Virus record (IMG/VR): IMGVR_UViG_2899946620_000001
Coordinates: 6,033-70,032 of that record
Source: a virus
Taxonomy: Duplodnaviria > Caudoviricetes
Direction: 5' to 3' (one strand)
Length of the DNA stretch: 64,000 bases
Numbering within the stretch: the stretch's first letter is position 1; each line of letters starts with the position of its first letter. The notes beneath the pieces were generated by a model. It searched no databases and was not told where the DNA came from. It worked only from the letters and a program-made list of their open reading frames with translations. The position numbers and the translations under genes are program-made. Of the stretch, positions 24,842-35,552 are shown one piece after another.

Positions 24842-25330
24842 ATGGCAGGCTTGAAGACGACCCTTGCGGGGGCGAAAGTCTACATCAGCACGGCGGCCGT
24901 TACGCTGCCACTCAATGCGGCCGGCTTCGGCGCTCTAACCTTCACGGAGATCACGAGCGTGGGCAATCTGGGCGACTATGGCGCCGCCCCGAACATCATC
25001 AATTACAACACGCTCGATACTGAGGTCATGTCTAAGGCCAAAGGGGTCGAGGATGCCGGCGAATTGGCGATCGAAGTTGCCCGCATCTTTGACGATCCCG
25101 GCCAAATCGCAATCCGCGCCGCTGCGGCCACCAAATTCAACTACGCGATCAAGGTCGAATATGCCGACGCCCCGACGCCGTCCTGGTCGAACACGATCAT
25201 GTACGCCGCCGGCCCGGTTTCCGGTCCGCAACTGCTCGGCGGCGGCACGGACGATTTCATTCGGGAGTCCTACACGGTCGCCTTCACCGATCAGCGCCCG
25301 ATCTTCGTTGCCCCTGTCGAAACCCCGTAA
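24842..25330 (+). CDS. Major tail tube protein
   Basis: NLGDYG....INYNTL....KAKGVEDAG, DDPGQIAIRAA. Confidence 0.85.
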   Translation: MAGLKTTLAGAKVYISTAAVTLPLNAAGFGALTFTEITSVGNLGDYGAAPNIINYNTLDTEVMSKAKGVEDAGELAIEVARIFDDPGQIAIRAAAATKFNYAIKVEYADAPTPSWSNTIMYAAGPVSGPQLLGGGTDDFIRESYTVAFTDQRPIFVAPVETP

Positions 25331-25338
25331 GGTGATCA

Positions 25339-25713
25339 ATGGACCTGCTTTCCCTCAACCCAAACACGATCACCATTGACCTGAAGCACCCGGCGACCGG
25401 CGCTCCCCTCGGCGTGTCGGTCGAGCTCCAGAGCCTCGAAAGCGATGCGGTAAAGGCCGTGGAGCGCGCCCTGAAGAACAAGGCGCTTCGCGGCGGCCGG
25501 AACACTGTCACGGCAGAGAAGATCGAAGACAACACGATTGCTCTCCTGTCGGCCGCAATCGTGTCTTGGACGTTCTCCGGTGATGCCATGCTCGGCGACG
25601 ACAAGAAGCCGGCCTGCAACGATGCGAACAAGCGTAAGCTGCTCTCCGTGCCCGCCATCGCGAAGCAGATCGACAGCGCACTCGGAGACGAAGCGGCTTT
25701 TTTCGGCAGCTAG
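25339..25713 (+). CDS. Tail assembly chaperone (gpG-like)
   Basis: 124 aa after the tube gene, ending QIDSALGDEAAFF. Confidence 0.85.
   Translation: MDLLSLNPNTITIDLKHPATGAPLGVSVELQSLESDAVKAVERALKNKALRGGRNTVTAEKIEDNTIALLSAAIVSWTFSGDAMLGDDKKPACNDANKRKLLSVPAIAKQIDSALGDEAAFFGS
25698..25704 (+). other. Programmed -1 frameshift heptamer T-TTT-TTC
   Basis: The -1 frame is open from 25698 into the 25782-26102 ORF (AFF-RQLGDELAATVALIVKYDTPGYELRG-MGGVKE). Confidence 0.8.
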
Positions 25714-25781
25714 GCGATGAACTGGCGGCGACCGTCGCCCTCATCGTCAAATACGACACTCCCGGATATGAACTCCGGGGC

Positions 25782-26102
25782 ATGGGCGGGGTAAAGGAAA
25801 CGCTATCCCGCCGCGAAATGAACGATCGGTTCGGTCAAGGGCATCTCAATCCTGATATCGAGCCGCCGGAAGACGGCGAACACCTGTGGGAATGGTTCTG
25901 GCACCTGTCGGGACATCGCCACCAGGGCATGAACGGCCCCCAGCCTCTCACTTATCAGGACGTCGAAACCTGGTCGCGAATGACCGGGACGCTCCTGCTG
26001 CGTGAAGAGGTGTTGATCCTGATGCAGATGGACACGGCGTTTCTCAATGCCGTCGCCGACGAGCACGAAGAACAGCGCAAGCGGGCGGAAGCCGACAAGT
26101 AA
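25782..26102 (+). CDS. Tail assembly chaperone C-terminal part (gpT-like), probably made by frameshift
   Basis: HLWEWFWHL, PQPLTYQDVETW, ILMQMD..FL. Confidence 0.8.
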   Translation: MGGVKETLSRREMNDRFGQGHLNPDIEPPEDGEHLWEWFWHLSGHRHQGMNGPQPLTYQDVETWSRMTGTLLLREEVLILMQMDTAFLNAVADEHEEQRKRAEADK

Positions 26103-26113
26103 CGGAGGATGCT

Positions 26114-28087
26114 ATGGCCGACGTAGCGACCCTTGGCATTGCCGTAGACAGCTCTGGCGTTGAAAAGGGCGCGAAGTCCCTTGACCATCTCACGAACGCT
26201 GCCAAGCGCGCGGAGGCGGCTGCTGCTGGCGTATCCGGCGCCACAAAGAACGCGGGGGCCGCTGCGGCGTCCGTATCCGCTGGAGCCGACAGTGCCGCAG
26301 CCGCACTCAACCGTGAGAGCGCCGCCGCCACCAAGGCAGCCGGCGCACTGAAGATGCACGCCGCAGCGGCAAACCAGAACGTGCGAGGCATGACGGCCGC
26401 ATCAATGAACGTCGGGAACCTCGCGGCCCAGTTCCAAGATATCGCTGTGACTTCGGCGATGGCGATGAGCCCGCTGCAGATCGCCCTACAGCAGGGTACG
26501 CAGATCAGCGCGGTTCTGGGGCCAATGGGGGCCGCAGGCGCAGTCCAGGCACTCGGGCAAGCCTTCCTCACGGTCCTGTCTCCCGTCAGCCTTGCCACGA
26601 TTGCCATTGTGGGTCTTTCGGCGGCTGGACTGCAGATGGTGGATTGGCCGGCTTTGGCGGCTTCGGCATTGAACGGTCTTGCATCCGTTCTGCAGACGAT
26701 CGCCCCCTATGCTGCTATGGCTGCCGCTGGGCTTGCGCTTATCTACGCGCCGGCGGTGATTGGCGGGGTCATCAACCTCATCGCTCTGCTTGGGCGTCTT
26801 TCCGTCGCCGCTCTCGGCCTCGCGGCCTCGTTTGCCGCAGCAAACCCGGCTGTCGCCTTCGTGGCCGGCATCACTGCCGCCGTGGTCGCCGCCAACATCT
26901 TCCGGGAGGAGTTGGCCCAGATATTCGGCGTCGATATCGTCGAGACCGCCAAGACCGGCGTGAACCTTATCATCGGCTCATTTGTAGCCGCCTTCGAGGA
27001 CATCAAGTTCGTCTGGGCCCAGCTTCCCAACATCATGGGAGCGGCGATCGTCGGAGCGGCAAACGCAGTCATCGGCGGCATGAACGCCATGATCGGCAAG
27101 GCGACTGCGTTGTTGAACGGGTTCATTGCAGAGATCAACGGGATGCTCGGTTCTCTGCCATTCGGGATGGGCGAGGGCGCATCGATCCCGAATATCGGCG
27201 ACATGTCCGTCGGTATGATCGAAAACAGCTTCGCGAGTGACCTTTCAGGCGCTGTGGACGCGCGAAACACGGCGGTCGGGGCAGCGCTCAGCCGAGACTA
27301 CCTCGGCGACATGGGCACTGCGATCTCTCAGGGCGCATCCACTGCAGCGGCGAAGTTGAAGGAGGTTGCTGCTGGACTAACCAACGTCGAGGCTGCAGCG
27401 GGGAAGGCTGGGGGCTCCGGCAAGAAGGCGGGAGAGGACACCGCTAAGGGGTTCGATACCGCCAAAGAAGCCATGAAGCAGGCCGAAGAGGCAATGGGGT
27501 TCGCCAAGGACATCACGAAGGGCTTTATCTCCGATGTTAAATCGGGCTTGAAGAACGGCGAGGGCTTGTGGAAGTCGTTTGCCAATGCTGCCGTGAACGC
27601 CCTCGATAAGATCGCCGACAAGCTGCTCGATCAGGCCCTCAACAGTCTGTTCGCGCCAGCAAACGGCGGCGGTGGGCTGCTGGGTAGCATCCTCGGCGGG
27701 ATCTTCGGCGGTGGGCAGCTCGCAAAAGCGAAAGCGGGCGGAATTGGTCTCTATGCCGATGGCACGGCATCCGCGCGCGCGGGCATGGCGATCGTTGGCG
27801 AAGAGGGGCCGGAGGTCGTGCGGTTCCGCGGTGGCGAAAAGGTCATCCCTAACCACCAGCTCAAGGCCGCCAATACCAATCGGAACGGCGGCGGGCACGG
27901 CGGCGGCGGTATCGCCGGCGTCCGCGTTTATGTCGATCAAGACGGTAACTGGCAGGCGAAGGTTGAAAACATCGCGCGCGGCGCTGCCTCGCAGGTCAGC
28001 GCCAACAACTTCGCGCAATACAACGAACAGCAGCGCCGGGTCGGCTTCGGGGAAACGCAGAAGCGCTTCGTTGCACAGAAAGGCTGA
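26114..28087 (+). CDS. Tape measure protein
   Basis: 657 aa, Ala/Gly-rich; NLAAQFQDIAV...SPLQIALQQGTQI; C-terminal YADGT...IVGEEGPEVV. Confidence 0.92.
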   Translation: MADVATLGIAVDSSGVEKGAKSLDHLTNAAKRAEAAAAGVSGATKNAGAAAASVSAGADSAAAALNRESAAATKAAGALKMHAAAANQNVRGMTAASMNVGNLAAQFQDIAVTSAMAMSPLQIALQQGTQISAVLGPMGAAGAVQALGQAFLTVLSPVSLATIAIVGLSAAGLQMVDWPALAASALNGLASVLQTIAPYAAMAAAGLALIYAPAVIGGVINLIALLGRLSVAALGLAASFAAANPAVAFVAGITAAVVAANIFREELAQIFGVDIVETAKTGVNLIIGSFVAAFEDIKFVWAQLPNIMGAAIVGAANAVIGGMNAMIGKATALLNGFIAEINGMLGSLPFGMGEGASIPNIGDMSVGMIENSFASDLSGAVDARNTAVGAALSRDYLGDMGTAISQGASTAAAKLKEVAAGLTNVEAAAGKAGGSGKKAGEDTAKGFDTAKEAMKQAEEAMGFAKDITKGFISDVKSGLKNGEGLWKSFANAAVNALDKIADKLLDQALNSLFAPANGGGGLLGSILGGIFGGGQLAKAKAGGIGLYADGTASARAGMAIVGEEGPEVVRFRGGEKVIPNHQLKAANTNRNGGGHGGGGIAGVRVYVDQDGNWQAKVENIARGAASQVSANNFAQYNEQQRRVGFGETQKRFVAQKG

Positions 28088-28090
28088 TGG

Positions 28091-28825
28091 ATGGCAATTT
28101 ACACCGGTCAGCCCACCGTACCGATCATGTATCTACGGCCGACTCGGGCGAGTTTCGACAATCCCGGGTCGGCGCTCGACGGAGGCGTCAACGGCATCGG
28201 CGAATCCATCAGCATTGAGACCAGCGGCGGCGGCATCGTTACTGCGACGTATGAGGAATGCGTCTTGCTTGGAGACGACACCGAGCGTCACGAGGTGATC
28301 AACTGGCTCGGGGCACGAGGGAACGGCGGCTATCGCTTCTTCAACGTCCCCATCATCAATGACGGGATCGGACCATTTCCGGTCATCGACGGCAAGAAGC
28401 GGCCGATCATCAAGGGCATACCCCATTCCGACGGATCGTTCTTTTCGGACGGGTCGGGCTACAGCCAGGCGGCTGTTTACGGCGAGGTGACCGAAGCGGC
28501 GGGCCTCGGAGCCGGGATCCTGAAAATGCGTGTCTACGGCGCCGCACGGCCGCTGCGCTGGTCGGATTGGTTCTCGATCTATCATCCAACAAAGGGCTGG
28601 CGCGCTTACCGGTATTGGGAGGTGATCTCAAAGACCAATGAGGTCAACCCGGTCTATACCCTCGCCATCGCCCCGCCTCTGCGCGAGGCGGTAACGGCCG
28701 GCACCCGCGTCGAGCTCGCGCGCCCGATCTGTTGCATGAAATTCCCGCGCGGCTTCACGTTGCCCTGGGACTACTCTGGCTTTTACGAGTCCCGGCCGAC
28801 GCTTCGGTTCACGGAGGCGTTCTGA
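28091..28825 (+). CDS. Distal tail protein
   Basis: Follows TMP; typical rhizobial-phage PIIKGIPHSDGSFFSDGSGY, APPLREAV, FTEAF. Confidence 0.75.
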   Translation: MAIYTGQPTVPIMYLRPTRASFDNPGSALDGGVNGIGESISIETSGGGIVTATYEECVLLGDDTERHEVINWLGARGNGGYRFFNVPIINDGIGPFPVIDGKKRPIIKGIPHSDGSFFSDGSGYSQAAVYGEVTEAAGLGAGILKMRVYGAARPLRWSDWFSIYHPTKGWRAYRYWEVISKTNEVNPVYTLAIAPPLREAVTAGTRVELARPICCMKFPRGFTLPWDYSGFYESRPTLRFTEAF

Positions 28826-29424
28826 TGGAGTTCGTCCCCGCACACATCATCGAGGAGATGCGCGGCAGCCATCAGCTTGGCATCTTCCTCAGGGTCGACA
28901 CGGATCCTGCCTTGCATCTCTGGTTCGGTATCAATGACATCCCGGCCAACTTCGACAGCATCGACCCGACAGGGACGGTCTATCTTGGTGGCGGCCGTCT
29001 GATCGGCGTGCCAACGCTCGAGGTGCTGGTCAACGGTACCGCCGACAGCGTCGAGTTCACTCTTTCCGGGCTCGACCCGACAACATCGGCGAAGATGCTC
29101 GACAGCCTGCCGCCAGTGCGCGGCGCGGCAGTCCAGATGGGCCTGACGACGCTCGATCGGTATTTCCAGCCGATGAGCAGCATTATCCCGATCTGGACCG
29201 GGACCGCCTCTCACACCGGGGAGGTGAGCCCACCAGTCGAGGAGGGCGACAGCCCGAGCATCACGCTTTCTCTTGCCGTCGTGACGGGCGAGGCGACCCG
29301 TTCCCGTGGCGCGCGGTCGGTCTGGTCGTCTCCGCATCAGAAGGCGATTTCGCCAACCGATAAGTTCTGCGACGGCGTCAGCCGGCTTGCCAGGGGCGTT
29401 CAGCCAGTCTGGCCGAATTTCTAA
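28825..29424 (+). CDS. Minor tail protein
   Basis: Start reset to MEFVPAHII; YLGGGRLI, ISPTDKFCD. Confidence 0.75.
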   Translation: MEFVPAHIIEEMRGSHQLGIFLRVDTDPALHLWFGINDIPANFDSIDPTGTVYLGGGRLIGVPTLEVLVNGTADSVEFTLSGLDPTTSAKMLDSLPPVRGAAVQMGLTTLDRYFQPMSSIIPIWTGTASHTGEVSPPVEEGDSPSITLSLAVVTGEATRSRGARSVWSSPHQKAISPTDKFCDGVSRLARGVQPVWPNF

Positions 29425-29432
29425 GGACTGCC

Positions 29433-29852
29433 ATGACCTTGCAGGAATTTCTTAGCCTGCCGCACCAGTTCCGGTGGGGCGGGGTTGCTGGCGATGATTG
29501 CACGACCTTCTGCGGGACTTGGCTGCGCGAAAGCGTCGGCGTAGATCCCGCGGCGGCTTATCGCGGCACATACAGCACGGCCGAAGGCGCTCACGACATT
29601 CTGGCCCGGGCCGGCGGCCTCGTGGCGTTCGCCGCGGCGGCGCTTGAGCCCCTCGGCTTCATCCGCACCGAAGATCCGCTCGATGGCGACGTCGGCGTCG
29701 TGCTCGCGCCTTCCGGAATGGCCGGGGTCAAGGAAGTCTGCGCCGTCCGTTTCGGGCCTCTCTGGGCCCTGCTGGCGCCATCCGGCGTCATCGCCAAGAA
29801 ACTTGATCACGTTGCAGCCTGGCGCGCGCCGGATGGAGATCGAAACGAATGA
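29433..29852 (+). CDS. NlpC/P60-like tail-tip protein (DUF6950-type)
   Basis: FRWGG...DDCTTFCGTWL...GVDPAA.YRGTY. Confidence 0.75.
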   Translation: MTLQEFLSLPHQFRWGGVAGDDCTTFCGTWLRESVGVDPAAAYRGTYSTAEGAHDILARAGGLVAFAAAALEPLGFIRTEDPLDGDVGVVLAPSGMAGVKEVCAVRFGPLWALLAPSGVIAKKLDHVAAWRAPDGDRNE

Positions 29853-32056
29853 GTTTCCATCACCGCATGATGCTGCAGCGCTATGGGCTGGGCTGCACGA
29901 CGTCGCTTTACAGCGAAGTTCTGTTTGATCCGATCTTTACGCCGATCTTCACGGCTGTGCTGGGGACCGGCGGCTTCGCAATCGGCGCATCGACGATCAC
30001 TTACGCTTCGCTCGCGTCGGCAATCGCAACGACGGCGATCTCGATCGGGCTGCAGGCGCTTCTGGCACAAGCACCGAAGCCGCCGAAGCCGGAAGACGGA
30101 AGGGCGCCGCTCAACCAGGCGATACCGTATCGGATCTATGCCGTCGGCCGCACCCGCGTTGCCGGCGCCCGCATGATGTGGGAGGCGAAGGGCTCCAACC
30201 TATATTCGGTGCAGGCCATCGCCGGCCACCGCATCAAGTCGTTCAACCGGTTCTATCTGAACGATGATGAGGTGACGGTCGTCGACAACGTCGTTCAGCC
30301 GCTGACGACGGGCGGCCGGTACGGCGCGGGCTCCGCGAACGTCAGGCTGTACACCCGCCTCGGCGCGAACCCCGAAACGCCCTATGCCGAGCTCGTCTCC
30401 GCACTGGGCGCGGATGGCATCTGGACCAACGATCACCGCGGAGACGGCCAGGCGTCGCTCGCCATGCGGGCGCACAATGCAGACGCGCAGGATCAGCAGA
30501 CGGCGTTTCCTTACGGGGCGCCGTCGCCTTCTGTTGAGATCGATGGAGCCTATTGCTGGGACTTCCGTGACCCGGCGCAGGATCCGGCAGATCAGAGCAC
30601 ATGGACGTGGACCCGCAATGCGGCCATCATCTTGGCTTGGCATCTCTGCTTCAACGAGTTCGGATTCGGTCTCGACTACCGGAAGGCGCTGCTACCAGTC
30701 CTCGACCTCTGGAAAGAGGACGCGGATATCTGCGACGAGGACATTCCTCTCGCCGGCGGCGGAACCGAGAAGCGGTATCAGTGCAATGGCTGGGATACGA
30801 CCGAGAACGGCCCGAAGTCTGGCCTGAACGCCATCCTCGCCACCTGCGACGGCCACCTGGTCGCCCGCGGCGACGGTGCCCGCATTCTGACCGTCGGAAA
30901 GTTCCGCGAAAGCAGGACCGCCACGCTGACCGATGCCGATATCGTCGGCCACAACGTTCAATACGGTGTTCTCTTCGAGGACGAGTGCAACCGCCTCGTC
31001 CCGAAATTCACCTATCCGGCGACGAACTACACGAGCTGCGATACCGACTTCTTCGAGGACACGGACGCGCAAATCGCCGCCGGCCGCGTCCTGACCATGG
31101 AGGGCACCTACGAGTGGTGCCACCAGTGGCGGCAAGCTCGTCGCCTCGGCAAGCGGGATTGGCTGCGCCAGCGCCAGGAGGTCAAGGGCAGCCTCGACGT
31201 CCGGCTCTCCGGCATCAATGCCGTCTATGCGCGGTGGGTCCGGCTCGATACGCCCAAGCGGCTGCCGAAGCTGGACGGGAAACTGATCGAAAACCGCCGC
31301 TCCATCGTCGCCCTCACAAAGGGCGGCTTCACGATGGACTTCATCGAGCATCCCGACGGCATCGACGACTGGAACCCGGCGACGGAAGAGGGGCAGCAGC
31401 CGCCGGTACCGCCCGCGCCGAACGCCTCGGAGATCTCGACGCCCGTTGTCAACCTCATTCAGGCAAAGGCGAACGGCGGTAGTGTCTACATCCGAGTCGT
31501 GGTCATCGACCCAGAGGACGGTAGCTATACGCCGGTCGTTCGCTACAGGGTGGCTGACGCAGACGGATTGGGAACTCCCGGTGCATGGGTGGAGCAGCGG
31601 AACCCAAGCGCGAATCCTTCGGGAGGATATATCAATCTTTCCACAGGGAATGTCCCCGTCGATGAAGTCTTGGACATCCAAGTCGCATTCATCGCATCCA
31701 ACAGAAGGTATTCCAATTGGTCGGTAACGGAGACAGTTACCTCGACGGCTTATCCGAATCCTCCTGAAGAGGTGACGGACGTAAGCGCGACAGGGAGCGT
31801 GAACCCAGGCGAGGCTGTCTTCCAATGGACTTCCCCGAATGATGAAACCTACGAGGGCGCTCGCGCCTATTGGAACACCGTAAACTCCTTCACCGACGCC
31901 ACGCTTTTCGGAACGAAGTACAGCGGCCCCGATGTCGTCAATCACTATCGCCTTACCGGCATCTCGGCGGGCACTCGCTACGGCTTTGTCGTGTCGGTAA
32001 ATCCGTCAAATGTTCCGGGCGATCCGGTCCCGACCGGGCCATTCACCGTCTCCTGA
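29849..32056 (+). CDS. Tail tip / central baseplate hub protein
   Basis: 735 aa; YAVGRTRVAG, WTWTRNAA, KRYQCNG; FN3-like C-terminus. Confidence 0.85.
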   Translation: MSFHHRMMLQRYGLGCTTSLYSEVLFDPIFTPIFTAVLGTGGFAIGASTITYASLASAIATTAISIGLQALLAQAPKPPKPEDGRAPLNQAIPYRIYAVGRTRVAGARMMWEAKGSNLYSVQAIAGHRIKSFNRFYLNDDEVTVVDNVVQPLTTGGRYGAGSANVRLYTRLGANPETPYAELVSALGADGIWTNDHRGDGQASLAMRAHNADAQDQQTAFPYGAPSPSVEIDGAYCWDFRDPAQDPADQSTWTWTRNAAIILAWHLCFNEFGFGLDYRKALLPVLDLWKEDADICDEDIPLAGGGTEKRYQCNGWDTTENGPKSGLNAILATCDGHLVARGDGARILTVGKFRESRTATLTDADIVGHNVQYGVLFEDECNRLVPKFTYPATNYTSCDTDFFEDTDAQIAAGRVLTMEGTYEWCHQWRQARRLGKRDWLRQRQEVKGSLDVRLSGINAVYARWVRLDTPKRLPKLDGKLIENRRSIVALTKGGFTMDFIEHPDGIDDWNPATEEGQQPPVPPAPNASEISTPVVNLIQAKANGGSVYIRVVVIDPEDGSYTPVVRYRVADADGLGTPGAWVEQRNPSANPSGGYINLSTGNVPVDEVLDIQVAFIASNRRYSNWSVTETVTSTAYPNPPEEVTDVSATGSVNPGEAVFQWTSPNDETYEGARAYWNTVNSFTDATLFGTKYSGPDVVNHYRLTGISAGTRYGFVVSVNPSNVPGDPVPTGPFTVS

Positions 32057-32123
32057 CACCCCTAAGTCGCAAACCTGTCCACGGCCCCGGTTCAACTCGG
32101 GGCGTTTTCGCATGGGAAAAATC

Positions 32124-34706
32124 ATGGTCGAACTTGCCGCAAACATTTGGGCCGACGGTCCTTCGTCTGATCCGTATGAGCCGAAGAAGGAACAAATCCG
32201 CGCGTGGGGGGCGTGGGTCGAAGGGATCATCACGGCATTTACCTCGTCCGGCGGCCTGATCTATTCCAGCAAGACGGCACTCGATGCAGATTTGTCGAAG
32301 GCTGCCAACAGCATGGCGTGGGTCATTGGAGATCCCGTTGCTGCGAACAATGGCGTCTACGGCAAAGTAGGCGCCTCGGGAACGGGTTCTTGGACGCGGC
32401 GCAGCGATCTGCCCTTCAGTTTCATCATCGCATCCGATGCCGGCGCCGGCACGCCAAACGCCATTCAGGCGACGACCGCCATTCCGGTCAGCGGCTCCGC
32501 GCTGATCTGGATGAACGTTGCGGATACGAACACCACAACTCCGGTCACGGTCAGCTTCAACGGCGGCTCTGCGTTGACGATCAAGAGTAACAGCGGTGAG
32601 GACGTCGAAGTCGGCGGCCTTCAGTCGGGCATGATCCTACTCGGCGTTGTATCTGGCAGCACCTTCCGTCTGTTCAGCGATGAAACCATTGCTGCGAAAC
32701 TGTACGCGGCGCGTGATGCCGCAGTGGCTGCGCAGGCTGCTGCGGAGGCGGCTGAAGCGGCGGCCGAAGCGGCACGCGACATCGCGCTTGACGCTGCTGG
32801 AGACACCGTTGCGCAGGGCAGCGTTCCGATCTTCAACAGCCGGGACACGGCGGCAACCTTCAACCTCGTGGCCTTCAGCACTGTGATCGTGAACAAATGG
32901 TCCAGCGCGTCCGCGGTCGCTCCAGCGCATTACGTGAAAGTTGCGCAGCCGGGCAATGTCGAGCCAACGTCGCCGGCCAAGTTCCAGAGCGCCGATGGCT
33001 ACTGGTTTGCCCTTGATGAGGATTGGCCGTCTGATTTGATGTTTGGCGATGGGACGGCGGCTATCGATCGAGCAGCGGCGCACGGAACACTGTGCCTGAA
33101 AATTAGCAAGCGCTCGACCTACAGCATCACAGCCAACTATTCGACGCCTGTCGACATGGTACTGGATTTCGAGCGCGGTGCTTATTTCACGGTAGATGCT
33201 GCGGCGGAACTCTACGTTCGGGGCATCGTCTCGGCTTACGATGACGACCACATTTGGCGCGGTACGGGTGCTGTAAAGGGTCTGACGTATGCGACAACTG
33301 CCCATTTCGGCATGGTCAATAACTACAATGCCAGCACGGGAACGGGGGCCGATTGCGCCCCGATGCTCCAAAGGGCGATCAATGCCTTGGCCAATTCAAG
33401 CCTTGACGATCGGGTGAACAAGTGGCGAAGCACCTTCAAGGCTCTTTCCGGCCAATTTCTCTTGGGCAGCACGGTGCAGGTGCCGATAGATGAGCACCAT
33501 GGTATCAGGTTTATTGGGGCCGGCACTGAGATTGATGGTACGCGGTTTTGGAGTACCCACGCTGGCATTTGCCTTCACGTGTTGCGCGGTTCCCTCACCA
33601 ACGTTTCTGATTTTGAACTTCGCGACTTCTGCCTAGAAAAAGTTAACGGGCACCTTAGTGCCGTAAACGAGGGAACTGGACTAAAACTCGGGGAGGACGA
33701 TGACACTCTGTCCGGCCTTGGCTATCGTCTGGTTGAAAATGTCCGTGCTGAATATTTCAATACAAATTTCAACTATACGAACGCCAGAAACGTTGTTTTC
33801 AAAAGGTGCCGCGCCAGCCAGACGCAGGCAAACAGAAGCAACATGGTTATCCGTTCCCGCAACGACCTGTTTTGCGGCGAGGTCTTTCTAGAGGATTTCG
33901 TCTTCGATTACCCGCCTGCCGGAGTTGATGGACCGAACCTTCCGGATTCGTTTAACCTCCAGATTGATGCAGCCGGCACGCAGGGCATCCGCCAAGTTAT
34001 CATGCGGAATATCAACGGTTACCGTGGTCAGAGTAGCGTTTTCATCCAAGCCCAGGACAACTCTGGTTGCGGGGAAATCGTCTACGACGGGTCCGCTCTC
34101 GACGGGTCAAACGGGGAGGCCGACTATACGCAAATGCTTATCTACGCGGGCAATAACGCGATCGTAGATGGGGTTCGCATCTACGGCGGCTACCTGGCTG
34201 GGGCAAAGCATGCATTCCGGACGAGCGGTCCTGGCACCGTGAACGGCGTCATGATCATGGCGAACCAGTTTTGGTACATGGCGCGTCAGACGATTCTCTT
34301 TCAAGCCGCTCATCACCGTGGAATCAACATCATCGGCAACGATTTCAAGAACGTCGTCGGTACTGCCGACGCAACGGTGGTGGAGGAAGCGATCTATTTT
34401 GAAGGTGACGCCAAGGGCATTTCTGTCATGTCCAACAGCGTTAACAACAACACCGCACTCCTGCAATATTTCGTCCGCTTCACGGGCGCATGCGACGAGA
34501 TTGTCACCTTCGGGAATAGCGGCAACTGGACAGTTGGCGAGGTCTACAAGGATAGCACCGGTCTGCGGTATATTTTCATGAGCGCCGCGGCCCTCGGCAA
34601 CGTCGTGATTGCCCCTACGTTACTTCCGACATCATCGGCGGGCCTTGGGTCCGGTGCTATTTGGCGCGATAGCGCCGCAGGGAACGTCTTGAAGGTGGTG
34701 CCTTAA
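32124..34706 (+). CDS. Tailspike / receptor-binding protein with beta-helix (probable polysaccharide depolymerase)
   Basis: Conserved virion-attachment N-terminus, QSADGYWFAL linker, DCAPMLQRAINA, Asn/Gly/Ile-rich beta-helix repeats, C-terminal LPTSSAGLGSGAIWRD; alternative start 32112. Confidence 0.85.
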   Translation: MVELAANIWADGPSSDPYEPKKEQIRAWGAWVEGIITAFTSSGGLIYSSKTALDADLSKAANSMAWVIGDPVAANNGVYGKVGASGTGSWTRRSDLPFSFIIASDAGAGTPNAIQATTAIPVSGSALIWMNVADTNTTTPVTVSFNGGSALTIKSNSGEDVEVGGLQSGMILLGVVSGSTFRLFSDETIAAKLYAARDAAVAAQAAAEAAEAAAEAARDIALDAAGDTVAQGSVPIFNSRDTAATFNLVAFSTVIVNKWSSASAVAPAHYVKVAQPGNVEPTSPAKFQSADGYWFALDEDWPSDLMFGDGTAAIDRAAAHGTLCLKISKRSTYSITANYSTPVDMVLDFERGAYFTVDAAAELYVRGIVSAYDDDHIWRGTGAVKGLTYATTAHFGMVNNYNASTGTGADCAPMLQRAINALANSSLDDRVNKWRSTFKALSGQFLLGSTVQVPIDEHHGIRFIGAGTEIDGTRFWSTHAGICLHVLRGSLTNVSDFELRDFCLEKVNGHLSAVNEGTGLKLGEDDDTLSGLGYRLVENVRAEYFNTNFNYTNARNVVFKRCRASQTQANRSNMVIRSRNDLFCGEVFLEDFVFDYPPAGVDGPNLPDSFNLQIDAAGTQGIRQVIMRNINGYRGQSSVFIQAQDNSGCGEIVYDGSALDGSNGEADYTQMLIYAGNNAIVDGVRIYGGYLAGAKHAFRTSGPGTVNGVMIMANQFWYMARQTILFQAAHHRGINIIGNDFKNVVGTADATVVEEAIYFEGDAKGISVMSNSVNNNTALLQYFVRFTGACDEIVTFGNSGNWTVGEVYKDSTGLRYIFMSAAALGNVVIAPTLLPTSSAGLGSGAIWRDSAAGNVLKVVP

Positions 34707-34716
34707 CGGCACCACC

Positions 34717-35490
34717 CTACGCGACTTGGTTGACGAGATCGAAAATATCGTCGCCGGAACGCATCATGCTGCGCAATGCAGAAATCGCAGCATTAGCCCC
34801 TGCGGGGAGGGGCGTAGCCTCACCGTTAGCGGGATTAACGACTGCGAGAGGGCCGACAAATTCGATGATCCCGCGGAGACAATCGACCGGGTCCAATTTT
34901 GCGTTTTCGACGATCGCATATTCGTTGAATTCAAAAATAATCGTCGGGCGATGCTTCAAGATTGTCTGAAGGGCTCCTTGGAACACCTGAAGCTCGAAGC
35001 CTTCAACGTCGACCTTCATGAAATCGACGCTGTCCAGAGCGGCACCATATACGAAGTCGTCGATGCTCTTCATTTCTACATCGGTGCCGGAACCATCGAT
35101 TACGATATGATTGGCGTGGGACATATTGTCGTCGAAGAAGAATTTGATCGTCTTGGATTCACTGCCTACTGCAAATGGCTGAGGAGATATTTGCGCCCAA
35201 CCGTGATTGCGGCCGATGTTAGCGCTCAGGTGATCAAATGTCCTCGGGGATGGCTCAAAGCTCATGATCTTCGAAGCTGGAGCCAGTTCGGCCATTATAA
35301 GACTGGCAAGGCCAATGTTCGCTCCGATATCGAGACAAGTCTTCACGTGGCGGGTCTTGATGATGCGGCTCAGAAAGTTAGCTAACCCTCCCAGGTCATG
35401 GTCTGGGAGTGCTTTGAAGTATGCATCAGAGGGGTTCCCCTGAACCTCATACAGAGTTTTGTAGGCACGGAATGTACGCGTTTCCATCAT
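34717..35490 (-). CDS. FkbM-family methyltransferase
   Basis: LDIGANIG, SFEPS, FMKVDVEGFELQVFQGA, PTIIFEFN. Confidence 0.9.
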   Translation of the reverse strand: MMETRTFRAYKTLYEVQGNPSDAYFKALPDHDLGGLANFLSRIIKTRHVKTCLDIGANIGLASLIMAELAPASKIMSFEPSPRTFDHLSANIGRNHGWAQISPQPFAVGSESKTIKFFFDDNMSHANHIVIDGSGTDVEMKSIDDFVYGAALDSVDFMKVDVEGFELQVFQGALQTILKHRPTIIFEFNEYAIVENAKLDPVDCLRGIIEFVGPLAVVNPANGEATPLPAGANAAISALRSMMRSGDDIFDLVNQVA

Positions 35491-35552
35491 TCTCTCTTGT
35501 CTTTGGCTGTGCTTCTTGGGGGGGAGCCCATTCAGGCTCCAATTGTGGTGAC

